A DNA stretch of 54,501 nt, filler included, from Barthelona sp. PAP020 (lineage: Eukaryota), in assembly GCA_040182905.1 (NCBI GenBank). It is 2 parts of 2 records of this genome, joined end to end, with 100 filler letters (N's around TTAATTAATTAA, not from the genome) between each part and the next. Parts side by side here need not be neighbours in the genome. Positions count along the whole stretch, not along the records: positions 1 to 27,399 come from JARQWU010000131.1; 1 more part is not named here. One strand, written 5' to 3'. A program made the position numbers and the translations under genes. Positions 1-10,354 of this stretch are shown here, piece after piece. The notes under the pieces are model-generated. The model had not been told where the DNA came from. It saw nothing but the letters and a program-made list of their open reading frames with translations, and searched no databases. Each line of letters begins with the position of its first letter. Within the stretch, counting starts at the first letter, position 1.

Positions 1-789
1 GTGAAATGTCCGCTGCGCTTCACAATTAATAATAAATGTTTATAAAGATCTTTATTGTTCTCGGTTAGAGTTTGGGGGTACTTGAAACTGAGTCGGTTTG
101 CGTGGATGGTTCAGAACACTCTTTCAAAAAAAAAATTCCATATACTGATTCTTTCCCATATCTAAAAGTGTTTGGGTCCACGGTGAAAAAAGAAAACTGT
201 ATGATTTGCCTCAATCTCTAAAAAATTTTCCTTCAATGGGTAGGAGGTTAGCTCTCAGATGCCACAAGAACAAGCAAAATGTAAATTGATCTTTGTTGCT
301 TTTTTGTTCAAAAAAAGTCGCGATGCGAATTCAATGAGTATTTTTTTAACTTGTGACAAAACTTTTCTGTGACAATGTTCAACAATGAAATACTAATATC
401 ATAAGATAAAATAGGTTCATTAAAGCATTCTTTGTGTTATTTTAATCACTTTATTATTAATTCAAACAGATGTTTAAAAAAAAAAGAAACATGTTTGGAA
501 ATGACAAGTTCAATTCCATTTGAATTATCCTATTCTTTCAAAGAATAAAATAAAAAATGTTGATTGAAATTGTATTTAAATTGGAATTCTGAGAAAATCT
601 GAGTTATCTGAAATGTTAACAAATGTAAATGGAGTTTAATAAAATTAATTTTAGAACGTGTAACAACATTATTCAAACGTGTTTTGACGGTTTTCAATGA
701 AATTCTTTCAAATCAAAAAAATGTGTGAATAAAATTGAAAAAGTCAACCTTCTTTGTTTAATTCATATTCTCTTTACATTTTTATTCTG

Positions 790-3700
790 ATGTCAAATAT
801 TCCAAAAACTGATTGTATTGAATTTTATCTAAATGGAAAAATTCACAAAGTGTACAATGAGAATCCTCATTTATCATTGGGTGTTTATTTGAGAAAAATA
901 GGTTTAAAAGGAACCAAACTGGCATGCCAAGAAGGAGGTTGTGGCGCTTGTACCGTTGTTATGTCCAATTGGAATTCAATCAAAAATATATCTCAACATC
1001 GTGCCATTGTCAGTTGCATTGTACCCATTGCAGCTGTTCATGGAACAGCTATTACCACAGTTGAGGGTTTGGGTAATATTAAAAGTGGTTTACATCCTAT
1101 TCAAGAACGATTGGCTGAATTACATGGAACTCAATGTGGTTTTTGTACCCCTGGTATTGTTATGCATATTTTAGCATATTTATTAAATAACCCTAATCCT
1201 ACATGTCAAGATATTGAAGAATCCTTTGATTGTAATTTATGCAGATGTACTGGTTATAGACCTATATTAGATGCGGCTAAATCTTTTGCTGTTGATTGTC
1301 CAAGTGATGTTAAGGCAAAATGCTCCAATTCTTCGCCTGTTGTTTTCGATTTTGAAGCTTTCTTGCCAGATGCCTTAAGAAACAAACCAATGACTTCTTT
1401 TGATTACACTGGAAAGTCATCAAGATGGATCAGACCTACTAAGACATCACAATTACTGGAAATTTTAACTGAAATACCTGATTGTCGCATTGTTGCGGGT
1501 AATTCTGAATTGGGATTGGCAAGACATCTTGTTGGAGCCAAATTTCCTGTTTTAGTTGAGACTGTTCACATTAATTCTTTGATTACTTTTACTGTTCGTC
1601 CAGAAAAAGTAGTGATTGGTGCTGGACTTACCTTACAGGCTTTAACTGAAGAAATTAATAAATTTGTTGTTTCAAATCAAGATGAATACACTTTGAAACC
1701 ATTAAGTGAGCAGTTAAAGTTTTTCGCCAATAGACAAGTTCGTAATGTTGCCACTATTGCTGGGAACATTTGCAACGCCTCTCCAGTTTCTGATTTGGTT
1801 CCAGTGTTGATGGCTTTGGATGCTAACTACGTTTTGAAAGGACCTGAAGGTATTCGTAATGTTAAAGCAGTTGATTTTTCGATTGGATATAGAAAAGTTG
1901 ACATTCAAACTGGAGAATACTTGCATTCTATTGAGATTCCAAGATTAATTGATGGACAGTTTGCTAAGGCATTCAAAATGACTCGTAGAAAAGATGATGA
2001 CATCAGTGTCATCAATGCAGCTTTCAAAATGAATGTTACTGATGGAAAAATTGTTGATGCAGGTATTTCATATGGTTGTTTGAATATTTTCACTGTGACG
2101 GCAAAGAACACATCTGAATTTTTGATTGGAAAGGTGATAAATGAAGACACTTTTCAGGAGGCCCTTTCTATTTTGAGAAAAGAATTGCCTTTGTCTGAGA
2201 ATGCTCCAGGAGGAAGAATTGACTATCGTAGAGCTATGATTGGAACGTTATTTGCTAAATTTTATGTTACTGCTGCTAAACATTTTGGTTTTTCAGAGAT
2301 TTCAACTAAATTGCACATAGATCCTGATGATGATTATGTCCATGTTATTACACGTGGTATTCAATGTGCTTCAGATGCTAAAGGTCCCGGTGTAACTGGA
2401 AAGAGTCATGCTCATCTTGCAGGACATCTCCATGCCAGTGGAGAAGCTGTTTATCCTATTGATGAAGAGTCTATTGGTCAATTATGTGTTGCTTGTGTCC
2501 CCTCTAAGTATCCTCATGCAAGAATTTTGAACATTGATGATAGCGAGATTCGAGATGATCCATCCTTTGTTCGTCTGGTAACTTCTGAAGATGTTCCGGG
2601 AGAAAATAAGTTTGGTGGAGGTGCTTTTGTTGATGAAGAGTTTTTGCCAACAGAATTTGTTCATTATGTTGGACAACCCATAGCCCTTGTTGTTGCTGAA
2701 ACTGATGAAGATGCACATAGATTAGCTAGAGGGGTAAAAGTTGAATATGAACCTTTGAAAGCCGTTGTTGATCTTCTTGAAGCTGTTGAAAATGAGGATT
2801 TCCTTGTTGAACCTACCAAAATCATCAGTGGTGATTCTTCTTTCTTTGTAGAGGAGCTTCGCTATCAAGAACAACCAAAATCTCGTGTTACGGAAGACAA
2901 TTTATTGGAGGTTTCAGGTTCTTTCTTTACACCTGAACAGGAACATTTTTACATGGAAACTCAGAATTGCTTGGCTGTTCCTGGTGAAGAGATGGTTTTA
3001 CATTACTCAACCCAAAACCCTACTCATATTCAAGAAGACGCTGCACAATGTCTTGGTATCCCTGCCCATCGTGTTGTTGTTAAGACTCGTCGTGTTGGAG
3101 GAGCATTTGGTGGAAAGGAAGTCAATATTTTGTGGGCTTGTTTGACCGCTGTTGCCGCAAATGCTACAAATAAACCTTGTAAGCTGATTCTCAATAGACA
3201 AGAAGATCAGCTTATGACTGGTAAACGTCACCCTTTTATGATTAATTATAAAGCTTTATTTTCATTAGATGGTAGAGCTATTGCTGGAGATGTTGGTTTA
3301 TATTCTGATGCCGGTTTTTCAACAGATTTGTCTGTGCCTGTTATGCAGCGAGCTATGTTTCATTCTGATAGTGTTTTCAATTGGAAGAATTTTAGAGTAA
3401 TTTCACACATTTGCAAGACCAACAAGCCTTCTAACACAGCTTTCCGTGGTTTTGGTGCTCCTCAAGGTATGTTGGCATCTGAAGTAATTATGGCACATGC
3501 AGCACAAGAATTGAACATTCCTGTTGTCGACATAAAGTATAAAAACTTATATCAGGAAGGAGATAAAACTCATTTTGGCATGTTGCTTACTCATTGTCAC
3601 ACCAAAACATCCTTTGAACAAATTCGTCAAAAGGCTGAATATGATCGCAGAAGGGCTGAGATCACCGCGTTTAATTCAACAAATATGAGCAAAAAAAGAG

Positions 3701-4665
3701 GAATTGCTATCAATGGAATTAAGTTTGGCATCTCATTCACGGCAACTTTCATGAATAAAGCAGCGGCTTTGGTTCATGCTTATCAAGATGGTTCTGTTTA
3801 TATCTCTCATGGTGGTATTGAAATGGGTCAAGGTGTTCACACAAAGATTGCACAATTAGCCGCCGATGAATTAGGTATTCCCTTAAATATGGTACATGTT
3901 TCTGAAACAGCAACAGATAAAGCGGCAAACACTTCACCAACTGCTGCCTCAACTGGTAGTGACCTCAATGGACAAGCTGTGCTTGATGCTTGTCGTAAGA
4001 TAAACGCAAGTTTAAAACCTTTGCGTGAACAAATGCCAAATGCTTCATTCAAAGAACTTTGTCATGCTGCATTTTTCCAACGTATTCAGACTTCATTTAC
4101 AGGCTATTATGCTACACCAGTTACTCCTTATGATTTCCAAAAGGGCACAGGTGAGCCATTCCATTATTTTGTATATGGATCTGCTTGTTCAGAAGTTGAA
4201 ATTGATTGTAAGACAGGTGAAATGGAGATATTGAGATCAGATATTTTAATTGATGCAGGTAATTCGATTAATCCTGCAATTGATGTTGGTCAAGTTGAAG
4301 GAGCTTTTACCCAAGGATTTGGTTGGCTTACTACAGAAGATACTGTCAGAACAAAGGATGGTGCTGTGTTTGCTCCTGGTCCATCCACATACAAAATACC
4401 TTCATATGCTAATATTCCACATGAATTGAGAGTTTATGTGATGGAAGGTGTACCTAATCCAAAGGCTGTTCGTTTAAGCAAGGGAATTGGTGAACCACCA
4501 TTTTGCTTTGGCTACAGTGTTTATGAGGCTGTAACAGAGGCAGTTAATGCCTATCGTATGGAAAACGGTTTTAAAGGTGTCAGTAATATTGGTTTCCCTG
4601 CAAATATTGAACTTATTAGAAATGCTTGTCCTGATGACATTTCTGCTTTTATGAATGATCAATAA
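790..4665 (+). CDS. XDH: Xanthine dehydrogenase (single-chain eukaryotic-type molybdo-flavoprotein)
   Basis: 2Fe-2S motifs CQEGGCGAC, QCGFCTPG and NLCRCTGY; FAD-domain motifs (FANRQVRNVATIAGN, RRKDDDI); Moco-domain motifs GGAFGGKE, AFRGFGAPQG, HGGIEMGQG and KGIGEPP. The ORF track starts at a TTG (754); the first ATG is at 790. Confidence 0.95.
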   Translation: MSNIPKTDCIEFYLNGKIHKVYNENPHLSLGVYLRKIGLKGTKLACQEGGCGACTVVMSNWNSIKNISQHRAIVSCIVPIAAVHGTAITTVEGLGNIKSGLHPIQERLAELHGTQCGFCTPGIVMHILAYLLNNPNPTCQDIEESFDCNLCRCTGYRPILDAAKSFAVDCPSDVKAKCSNSSPVVFDFEAFLPDALRNKPMTSFDYTGKSSRWIRPTKTSQLLEILTEIPDCRIVAGNSELGLARHLVGAKFPVLVETVHINSLITFTVRPEKVVIGAGLTLQALTEEINKFVVSNQDEYTLKPLSEQLKFFANRQVRNVATIAGNICNASPVSDLVPVLMALDANYVLKGPEGIRNVKAVDFSIGYRKVDIQTGEYLHSIEIPRLIDGQFAKAFKMTRRKDDDISVINAAFKMNVTDGKIVDAGISYGCLNIFTVTAKNTSEFLIGKVINEDTFQEALSILRKELPLSENAPGGRIDYRRAMIGTLFAKFYVTAAKHFGFSEISTKLHIDPDDDYVHVITRGIQCASDAKGPGVTGKSHAHLAGHLHASGEAVYPIDEESIGQLCVACVPSKYPHARILNIDDSEIRDDPSFVRLVTSEDVPGENKFGGGAFVDEEFLPTEFVHYVGQPIALVVAETDEDAHRLARGVKVEYEPLKAVVDLLEAVENEDFLVEPTKIISGDSSFFVEELRYQEQPKSRVTEDNLLEVSGSFFTPEQEHFYMETQNCLAVPGEEMVLHYSTQNPTHIQEDAAQCLGIPAHRVVVKTRRVGGAFGGKEVNILWACLTAVAANATNKPCKLILNRQEDQLMTGKRHPFMINYKALFSLDGRAIAGDVGLYSDAGFSTDLSVPVMQRAMFHSDSVFNWKNFRVISHICKTNKPSNTAFRGFGAPQGMLASEVIMAHAAQELNIPVVDIKYKNLYQEGDKTHFGMLLTHCHTKTSFEQIRQKAEYDRRRAEITAFNSTNMSKKRGIAINGIKFGISFTATFMNKAAALVHAYQDGSVYISHGGIEMGQGVHTKIAQLAADELGIPLNMVHVSETATDKAANTSPTAASTGSDLNGQAVLDACRKINASLKPLREQMPNASFKELCHAAFFQRIQTSFTGYYATPVTPYDFQKGTGEPFHYFVYGSACSEVEIDCKTGEMEILRSDILIDAGNSINPAIDVGQVEGAFTQGFGWLTTEDTVRTKDGAVFAPGPSTYKIPSYANIPHELRVYVMEGVPNPKAVRLSKGIGEPPFCFGYSVYEAVTEAVNAYRMENGFKGVSNIGFPANIELIRNACPDDISAFMNDQ

Positions 4666-4950
4666 ACGGTAAAATGTTGAAAATTTTCAATTTTTTTTTT
4701 TTCGCAGCAATTTTAGGACAGTTTTTGGACAGTTTTTTTGAGTTAATCTTGTTCTTTGGTCATTTTTTCTTTTCACAATTTTGTTTTTTGAAATAAACAA
4801 TTACCGCTTATAATATATCATATGATTAATTTAATTATTTTATTTTAGTTGGATTAAATTGTTTGTCGATTCTTTTCACATTCCCAGTCCTTTTTGATTT
4901 TTCATTTTTCATCTTTTTTTTTTTGAATCTATTATCTTCATTCTTCTACA

Positions 4951-7254
4951 ATGGGTTCTTTTCAAGGATTATTAGTAGTTGAAAGAAAAATTTTCTTTAG
5001 AAAAAGATGTTTATGTTGTTTTTCATTGTTTATTCCATTGTTTTTCAGTTTTATTTGTTTTTTGTCTTGTAGAGATTTATCCCGTATTGAGTATAAGTAT
5101 ATTCCACCCACAACCAACTCATATGATTCCACTTATCTGAGTAAAATGAGTTTGGAGAAATGTAATTACTCAATGAACTCAATAAATCGGAATGATATTA
5201 AAGGATACATGTTTTTAATTGCAAATAATCATACTGAATCGTTGAATAAAACTGTTGAATATGTTCAAACAAATATTTTAGAATACCCTACTGTTCCCAC
5301 TCATTTAAATAAATATTTCCATTCTAAAGCAGAATTGGAAGCATACATTGACAGTAAAGATCGAAAACAGTTTTGTTACGCTTTAATTGTCAATGACACG
5401 TTTGATGGTAATCTTGAAATCGTCAGGGATTTAGACTCGTTCAGTTATAAGTATGATGATCAGGTTTTCTTTTCCACTGACATAACAGTGGAATCGACAA
5501 AGTTTCTTGTTAGAGTGTTTGATAAATTTCAGTTTGGAATTGAATATTCCTGGGACAATGAGATTTTTGTTCATTCCAATCGGGAGGTGAATCCTGCTAA
5601 TACTCAATTTTTTGGTTTACTTGCAAACATCTTTGAATTCATTCTTTTGGCCAATTCATTCTTTTTATCCTCTCGTTTGATGGAAAACAAAGAGTTGAGA
5701 ATGAGATCTGTTTTAAGAATGTCTGGAATGCGTCTAATTACCTATTTTAAAGTGCATTTTTCTTTCAGTTTCATCTATAACTTGGTATCTTTCTTATTAA
5801 TTTATTTATCTGGAATTTTCTTTATTAAACCGAGTTTTTTACAGATAATTTTATCATTAATTTGCTTATTTGCTTGTATTAATACTTATATTGGTTTGAC
5901 TTTTTTCATTACTTCTTTTTTCAAAACAGTTAAGAATGGTACTGTTGTATCGAACGGTTTATCATTAATCTTAACAGCTGCTTTATGTATTGTTGGTCAA
6001 TTCTATGATTATTTGCCTGCTTCAAAAATTTATTATGCTATTGGTTTTCCTCCTTTCTATGGTTTTAGATTTTTGATTAATTTACCTTCATTAATTAAAC
6101 CTACTGGTAGTACTATTGATATCTCTGATAGTTTATTAGCTCTTTTGGTAAGTTGTGTTTATCTTTTGTTAGGTTTCTACCGAGAAATGACTCAATCAAC
6201 TGATTTTGCACCTTTAAGACCTTTATTCTTCCTTGACAAACAATTTTGGAATGTAAACAAAGTAAAGCCCAATTTGTATGCTAAAAATGGGTTAGTTTTT
6301 GATAACGTTGTGAAAACATTTGAAAATGATACCAGTCAAGCAAGAAATATCATTACTGCTGTGGATAATCTTTCAATCAAAGCTAAAAGTGGACAAGTAC
6401 TTGCCTTATTAGGACATAATGGTTCAGGGAAAACTACTTCGATTAACTTGATACAAGGATTCATTCAAGCAGATTCAGGATCAATACACTTGTTTGACCT
6501 TGATCCAAAAAAGCAAGCCACCGCGATCAGACTTTGTACTGGTGTTTGTCCACAACATGATGGTGTTTATAATTTGTTAACCGTTTCAGAGCATATTGAT
6601 TTGATTGCTGCATTTAGAGAAATTGAATTAAGTGAAGCAGAAAAGACAGATTTACTGAAAAAGGTTGTTTTAGACAAGGATAAAGATAAAAAGGGGCAAG
6701 AATTATCAGGAGGTATGAAAAGACGTTTATGCTTGACTCTTGCTTTGGTTGGTAATCCTCCTATTTTGGTTTTAGATGAACCATCATCTGGTTTGGACCC
6801 TGAACATCGTCGTCGTATTTGGAAATTGTTGGAAGAGCAAAAAAATAATGGTGCCTTTGTCATTCTTACAACTCATCATTTGGAAGAAGCAGAGGCACTC
6901 GGTGATTCAATTTGTATTCTGGCTAAGGGGAAATTGCAAGCTATGGGAAGTCTTGCTGAATTAAAGGAAGCATATGCTTGTGCTTATGCTTTACATTTAT
7001 CAGTCAAGCCAAACAGAAATGTGCAAGACATTTCTAATTGGTTGAATCAATTTTTTACTGCTCGATTAACGAAAGAAGAAGATGAAACCATCACCTTTTT
7101 ATTGGCTGAAGGCGTTGATCAATTGTTACCTGATGTTCTTGATGAATTGCATGATGAATGTGTGAATGGTCAAAGAGGCTTGAATATTGTTAGCTATGGT
7201 CTAACAACTCAATCTTTGGAAGATGTGTTTTTGAAATTGAATCCTGTTTTGTGA
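4951..7254 (+). CDS. ABCA-family half transporter (one TMD plus one NBD)
   Basis: N-terminal TM helix, large exocytoplasmic loop and further TM helices; Walker A GHNGSGKTT, GVCPQHD, signature LSGGMKRRL, Walker B LVLDEPSSGLDP, LTTHH, and the ABCA-typical C-terminal SLEDVFL. Confidence 0.92.
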   Translation: MGSFQGLLVVERKIFFRKRCLCCFSLFIPLFFSFICFLSCRDLSRIEYKYIPPTTNSYDSTYLSKMSLEKCNYSMNSINRNDIKGYMFLIANNHTESLNKTVEYVQTNILEYPTVPTHLNKYFHSKAELEAYIDSKDRKQFCYALIVNDTFDGNLEIVRDLDSFSYKYDDQVFFSTDITVESTKFLVRVFDKFQFGIEYSWDNEIFVHSNREVNPANTQFFGLLANIFEFILLANSFFLSSRLMENKELRMRSVLRMSGMRLITYFKVHFSFSFIYNLVSFLLIYLSGIFFIKPSFLQIILSLICLFACINTYIGLTFFITSFFKTVKNGTVVSNGLSLILTAALCIVGQFYDYLPASKIYYAIGFPPFYGFRFLINLPSLIKPTGSTIDISDSLLALLVSCVYLLLGFYREMTQSTDFAPLRPLFFLDKQFWNVNKVKPNLYAKNGLVFDNVVKTFENDTSQARNIITAVDNLSIKAKSGQVLALLGHNGSGKTTSINLIQGFIQADSGSIHLFDLDPKKQATAIRLCTGVCPQHDGVYNLLTVSEHIDLIAAFREIELSEAEKTDLLKKVVLDKDKDKKGQELSGGMKRRLCLTLALVGNPPILVLDEPSSGLDPEHRRRIWKLLEEQKNNGAFVILTTHHLEEAEALGDSICILAKGKLQAMGSLAELKEAYACAYALHLSVKPNRNVQDISNWLNQFFTARLTKEEDETITFLLAEGVDQLLPDVLDELHDECVNGQRGLNIVSYGLTTQSLEDVFLKLNPVL

Positions 7255-7605
7255 TTTTTGTTTTCATAAATGTGTTTATTTATTTTTGCTTTTTTTAATG
7301 AACTGTTCTTTAATTTTAATTAAAGGCCAAATGAACAAAAATTGAAATTTCCTGAATCTACAGTTCTGGAAACAGAAGATCAACAAAAAAGAACCCAGGA
7401 CTTATAATATAAAAGGCCTACCTTTTTACACTGCATGATAAACATTCATAATTGAGGTTTTAAAAGCAGGTAAAAATTGCTTTCATGTAAATCTATCTTT
7501 TCATAATGATTTATAAAATACATCAATCATAGTAAACAAAACCAATATAACCAATGTTTCAAAAAAAGAGATGAAAAATTTTGTTTATTAATAATAAAGA
7601 TTGTA

Positions 7606-8028
7606 TTAAAGTTGAGTCCGTATATCACCAATATTGTGATCATCCAACGATATTATTGGACCATCAGTCTTTTGTTGAAGATTGTACAAGGCATTACGAA
7701 CTTGAGCTTCTTGATCAGATACTTCAAGTGACCCAGGTTCCACCATAAAAGCAGAAACACCTTTTGGATTGTAATTTTGATTGACTAGTGAAAAAGCATC
7801 AGAAACTGATACTGATGATATATTTGAAAAATCAGTCGTAGATACGTTATTTAAAGAATAATCATTGCTTGAATGATCAATTTCTGTGACATTTTCTGTA
7901 GAATAAAGATGTTTTAACAATTCTTGAGCTTCTTCTTCAGATTTTTTCTTCTTTTCTTCAATTTCACTTTGCATTCGAGATCTAGCTCGTTTTTCCAATA
8001 AAATAATTCGAGAGTTTGGTGATTTCAT
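7606..8028 (-). CDS. Hypothetical protein, about 140 aa, N-terminal charged helix
   Basis: Open frame. The ATG at 8028 is preferred because the longer ORF-track start overlaps PNO1 and runs through a T-rich spacer. No family recognised. Confidence 0.6.
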   Translation of the reverse strand: MKSPNSRIILLEKRARSRMQSEIEEKKKKSEEEAQELLKHLYSTENVTEIDHSSNDYSLNNVSTTDFSNISSVSVSDAFSLVNQNYNPKGVSAFMVEPGSLEVSDQEAQVRNALYNLQQKTDGPIISLDDHNIGDIRTQL

Positions 8029-8099
8029 GTTTGTAAAAGGAAAATTTTCATCACTAATTTTTTTTCTTTTTTTTTTCTTTGAAATCTCAAAATATTTAA

Positions 8100-8708
8100 A
8101 TGGACGAACCAGAAAATAATCATGATAACCATGAAACTCATGATGAAGACAAACCCAAAAAACAAGAAACAAGAAGAATTTTTATTCCATCTCACAGATT
8201 TACTCCTTTAAAAAATAGTTGGATTCAAATATATGAACCTTTAGTCCGTCATATGAAACTCCAAGTCCGTATGAATAGTAAAAGTCGTTTGGTTGAAATT
8301 AGAGAATCACCTGAAGTTGAAGATCCCAACGCTTTAAATAAAGGAGAAGATTTCATTAAAGCATTTGCAAGTGGTTTTCCTGTTGAACAAGCTCTAGCTT
8401 TATTGCGATTAGATGATATTTATGTTGATTCATTTACTATTAAAGAGGTTAGACAAACTTTAAAGGGTGCAAATAAATCAAGAGCTGTTGGACGTATTGC
8501 TGGTAAGGATGGTAAAACCAAATATGCCATTGAAAATGCTACACGTACACGTATTGTTTTGGAAGGTGAAAGAATAAATATAATGGGTACCACTGCCAAT
8601 GTAAATAACGCAAAAAGAGTTATTGTTGATTTGATTAGAGGTTCTCCCGCGGGAAAGATTAATACCAAGTTAAGAGCTATATCTTCTTTGAGTAAAGGTC
8701 GTCTTTAG
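8100..8708 (+). CDS. PNO1: Pre-rRNA-processing KH-domain protein PNO1/Dim2
   Basis: IPSHRFTPLKNSWIQIYEPLV, ALALLRLDDIY, RAVGRIAGKDGKTKYAIENATRTRI and LIRGSPAGK match the PNO1 consensus. Confidence 0.96.
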   Translation: MDEPENNHDNHETHDEDKPKKQETRRIFIPSHRFTPLKNSWIQIYEPLVRHMKLQVRMNSKSRLVEIRESPEVEDPNALNKGEDFIKAFASGFPVEQALALLRLDDIYVDSFTIKEVRQTLKGANKSRAVGRIAGKDGKTKYAIENATRTRIVLEGERINIMGTTANVNNAKRVIVDLIRGSPAGKINTKLRAISSLSKGRL

Positions 8709-8887
8709 ATATTTTTTTTTTAAAAATTTGAAAATATTTCGAAAATTTTAGTTGCTGACACCATGTGAATGGAAGTAAAATTTTTTACAAATTTTTAAAG
8801 AGAACAAAAAAAAATACAAATTTTACGTATGTATGTATGCTGTACAAAATTGGATGTTTCCTATAAATAAAAGGATTAATCACACAG

Positions 8888-10279
8888 TTATTTCTTTGAA
8901 TGCGCATAATCTGCGGCATGTCTTCTTCTTTTGTTTGTTTTAATAGTTTGATTTTGAACTTTTGTTTTCACTGGTGTTTGTTGATTCTTATTGGGTTTTT
9001 GGGTGGAAGGTGGAACTTTCGGCTTGGTTCTGTTACCCTTATTGGCATGAGATGGTTTATCTTTTTTTTTCAAACTATTCTTAGCGTTAGATATTGCATC
9101 TATCGTTAAATTTCTAGCGGTTTCAATCATATGCTCGAGATTTGGGGTGAAACCAAACTCAATGTCATCTTTTTCCACTTGAATCATCCTGCTTAAGATT
9201 GCTTCTTGTTCCATTCCAACAGAAGCCAATAAATCCTCGTACGATAACTTAGAAAGGCGTTCCCAGGTGTATGTCCCATCAGCTTGTTCATCATCATTCT
9301 CAATGTTGCCTTTGGACAGATCTTCGATGTTTGAATCAGAACTATATGAATTTTCACGATCTTCCTCCTCTTCTCTTTCTTCATCCGCTTCATCAGTTTT
9401 ATCACGATCTTCATCATCATCATCATCATCATCATCATCTTCTTCAAGATCTTGCACTTCATGTTTCTCTTTATCATCATGGTGACCATTTGCAAAATCA
9501 TCATTATCGTCTTTTTCCTCTTCCAGCTCTTCTACTTGCATTTCCTGTTCTTCCTCTTCAACATTTATTTCCATATGCTCTTCATTTGTATCTTTTGCAG
9601 ACACGCTATTTGAATGGTCTGAGTCTTCAACCTCTTCTTCTTCGTGTTTTGCAGTTTCATCGTTTACGTCAGAACGAGCGTCAGTGCTATCAATGTTTCG
9701 TTCCTCAGTCTTCAGTTTGGGTTCTGTTTCTGGTTCCTGAACATTGGATTCATCCAAATTAACTGAATCTCTTTCATAAACAATATTATCAACATTTGCC
9801 TCAAGCTCTTTTTCTTCATTCACATATTCCTCTTCATCAGCATCTTCAATATTTTCTGAACACAAATTTTCATGAATTTCTTTCAAAGACTCATAAATTG
9901 TGGTTATTTTGCTGAGGTTTTCCTCCAAAAAATTTTCATCACTGAAGTCAGTCTCTTCAAATTTATTTTTTAAACTGTTAAAGGTTAAATAGACTAAATC
10001 ATTTTCATTTTCTTCAATAAATTTACCTAAATCATCCACAATTTCTTCAATCATCGTGTGAACTTCAAAAATATATGATAATTTTTCATTCATTTCATTA
10101 TTATCATTTTCCTTTGATTCAGAATCTATTTTATTCAAAGAATTCTCTTCTTCTTTTGTGTGTTCGTTTTCTATTAAGTGTGAATTTTCTTCATATTCTT
10201 TTTCATTTTTTGGGGTTTGTTTTGATTTTCTTTTTCCATTTGGTTTTTCATTGTTGTTATTATGATTTTTGTTTGACAT
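8888..10279 (-). CDS. Highly acidic, low-complexity protein with basic N- and C-termini (probably nuclear or nucleolar)
   Basis: 463-aa ORF with a long D/E-rich centre and K/R-rich ends (KRKSK, NKRRR); no recognisable domain. Confidence 0.75.
   Translation of the reverse strand: MSNKNHNNNNEKPNGKRKSKQTPKNEKEYEENSHLIENEHTKEEENSLNKIDSESKENDNNEMNEKLSYIFEVHTMIEEIVDDLGKFIEENENDLVYLTFNSLKNKFEETDFSDENFLEENLSKITTIYESLKEIHENLCSENIEDADEEEYVNEEKELEANVDNIVYERDSVNLDESNVQEPETEPKLKTEERNIDSTDARSDVNDETAKHEEEEVEDSDHSNSVSAKDTNEEHMEINVEEEEQEMQVEELEEEKDDNDDFANGHHDDKEKHEVQDLEEDDDDDDDDDEDRDKTDEADEEREEEEDRENSYSSDSNIEDLSKGNIENDDEQADGTYTWERLSKLSYEDLLASVGMEQEAILSRMIQVEKDDIEFGFTPNLEHMIETARNLTIDAISNAKNSLKKKDKPSHANKGNRTKPKVPPSTQKPNKNQQTPVKTKVQNQTIKTNKRRRHAADYAHSKK
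9411..9437. repeat. (TCA)9 microsatellite encoding poly-Asp on the minus strand
   Basis: Read directly from the sequence; corresponds to DDDDDDDDD in the 8888-10279 protein. Confidence 0.95.
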
Positions 10280-10354
10280 GTGTATCTTTCAAACAATAAA
10301 TATTTAAATTTTTTTTTTAAATTTTATTTTTTTATTAGGTTTTTATACTATTCA

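Noticed and set aside
1..45. VKCPLRFTI resembling a MULE/FAR1 zinc-finger fragment
   Set aside because: A stop follows within a few codons and there are no other transposase motifs.
754..789. TTG/GTG-initiated N-terminal extensions in the ORF track (also 11790, 28413, 30470, 48456 and 52661)
   Set aside because: The sequence is eukaryotic and the extensions are T/A-tract spacer sequence, so the first ATG was used.
4861..4887. GTTTGT...CAG upstream of the ABCA gene
   Set aside because: No open upstream exon (the ATG at 4822 hits a TAG first). At most a UTR intron, and unsupported.
7405..7425. GCCTTTTAT on the minus strand resembling U5 loop I
   Set aside because: The match is imperfect and there is no closing stem.
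9193..9762. Poly-His, poly-Ser and poly-Met ORFs
   Set aside because: These are alternative-frame and antisense readings of the (TCA)9 poly-Asp region in the acidic gene.
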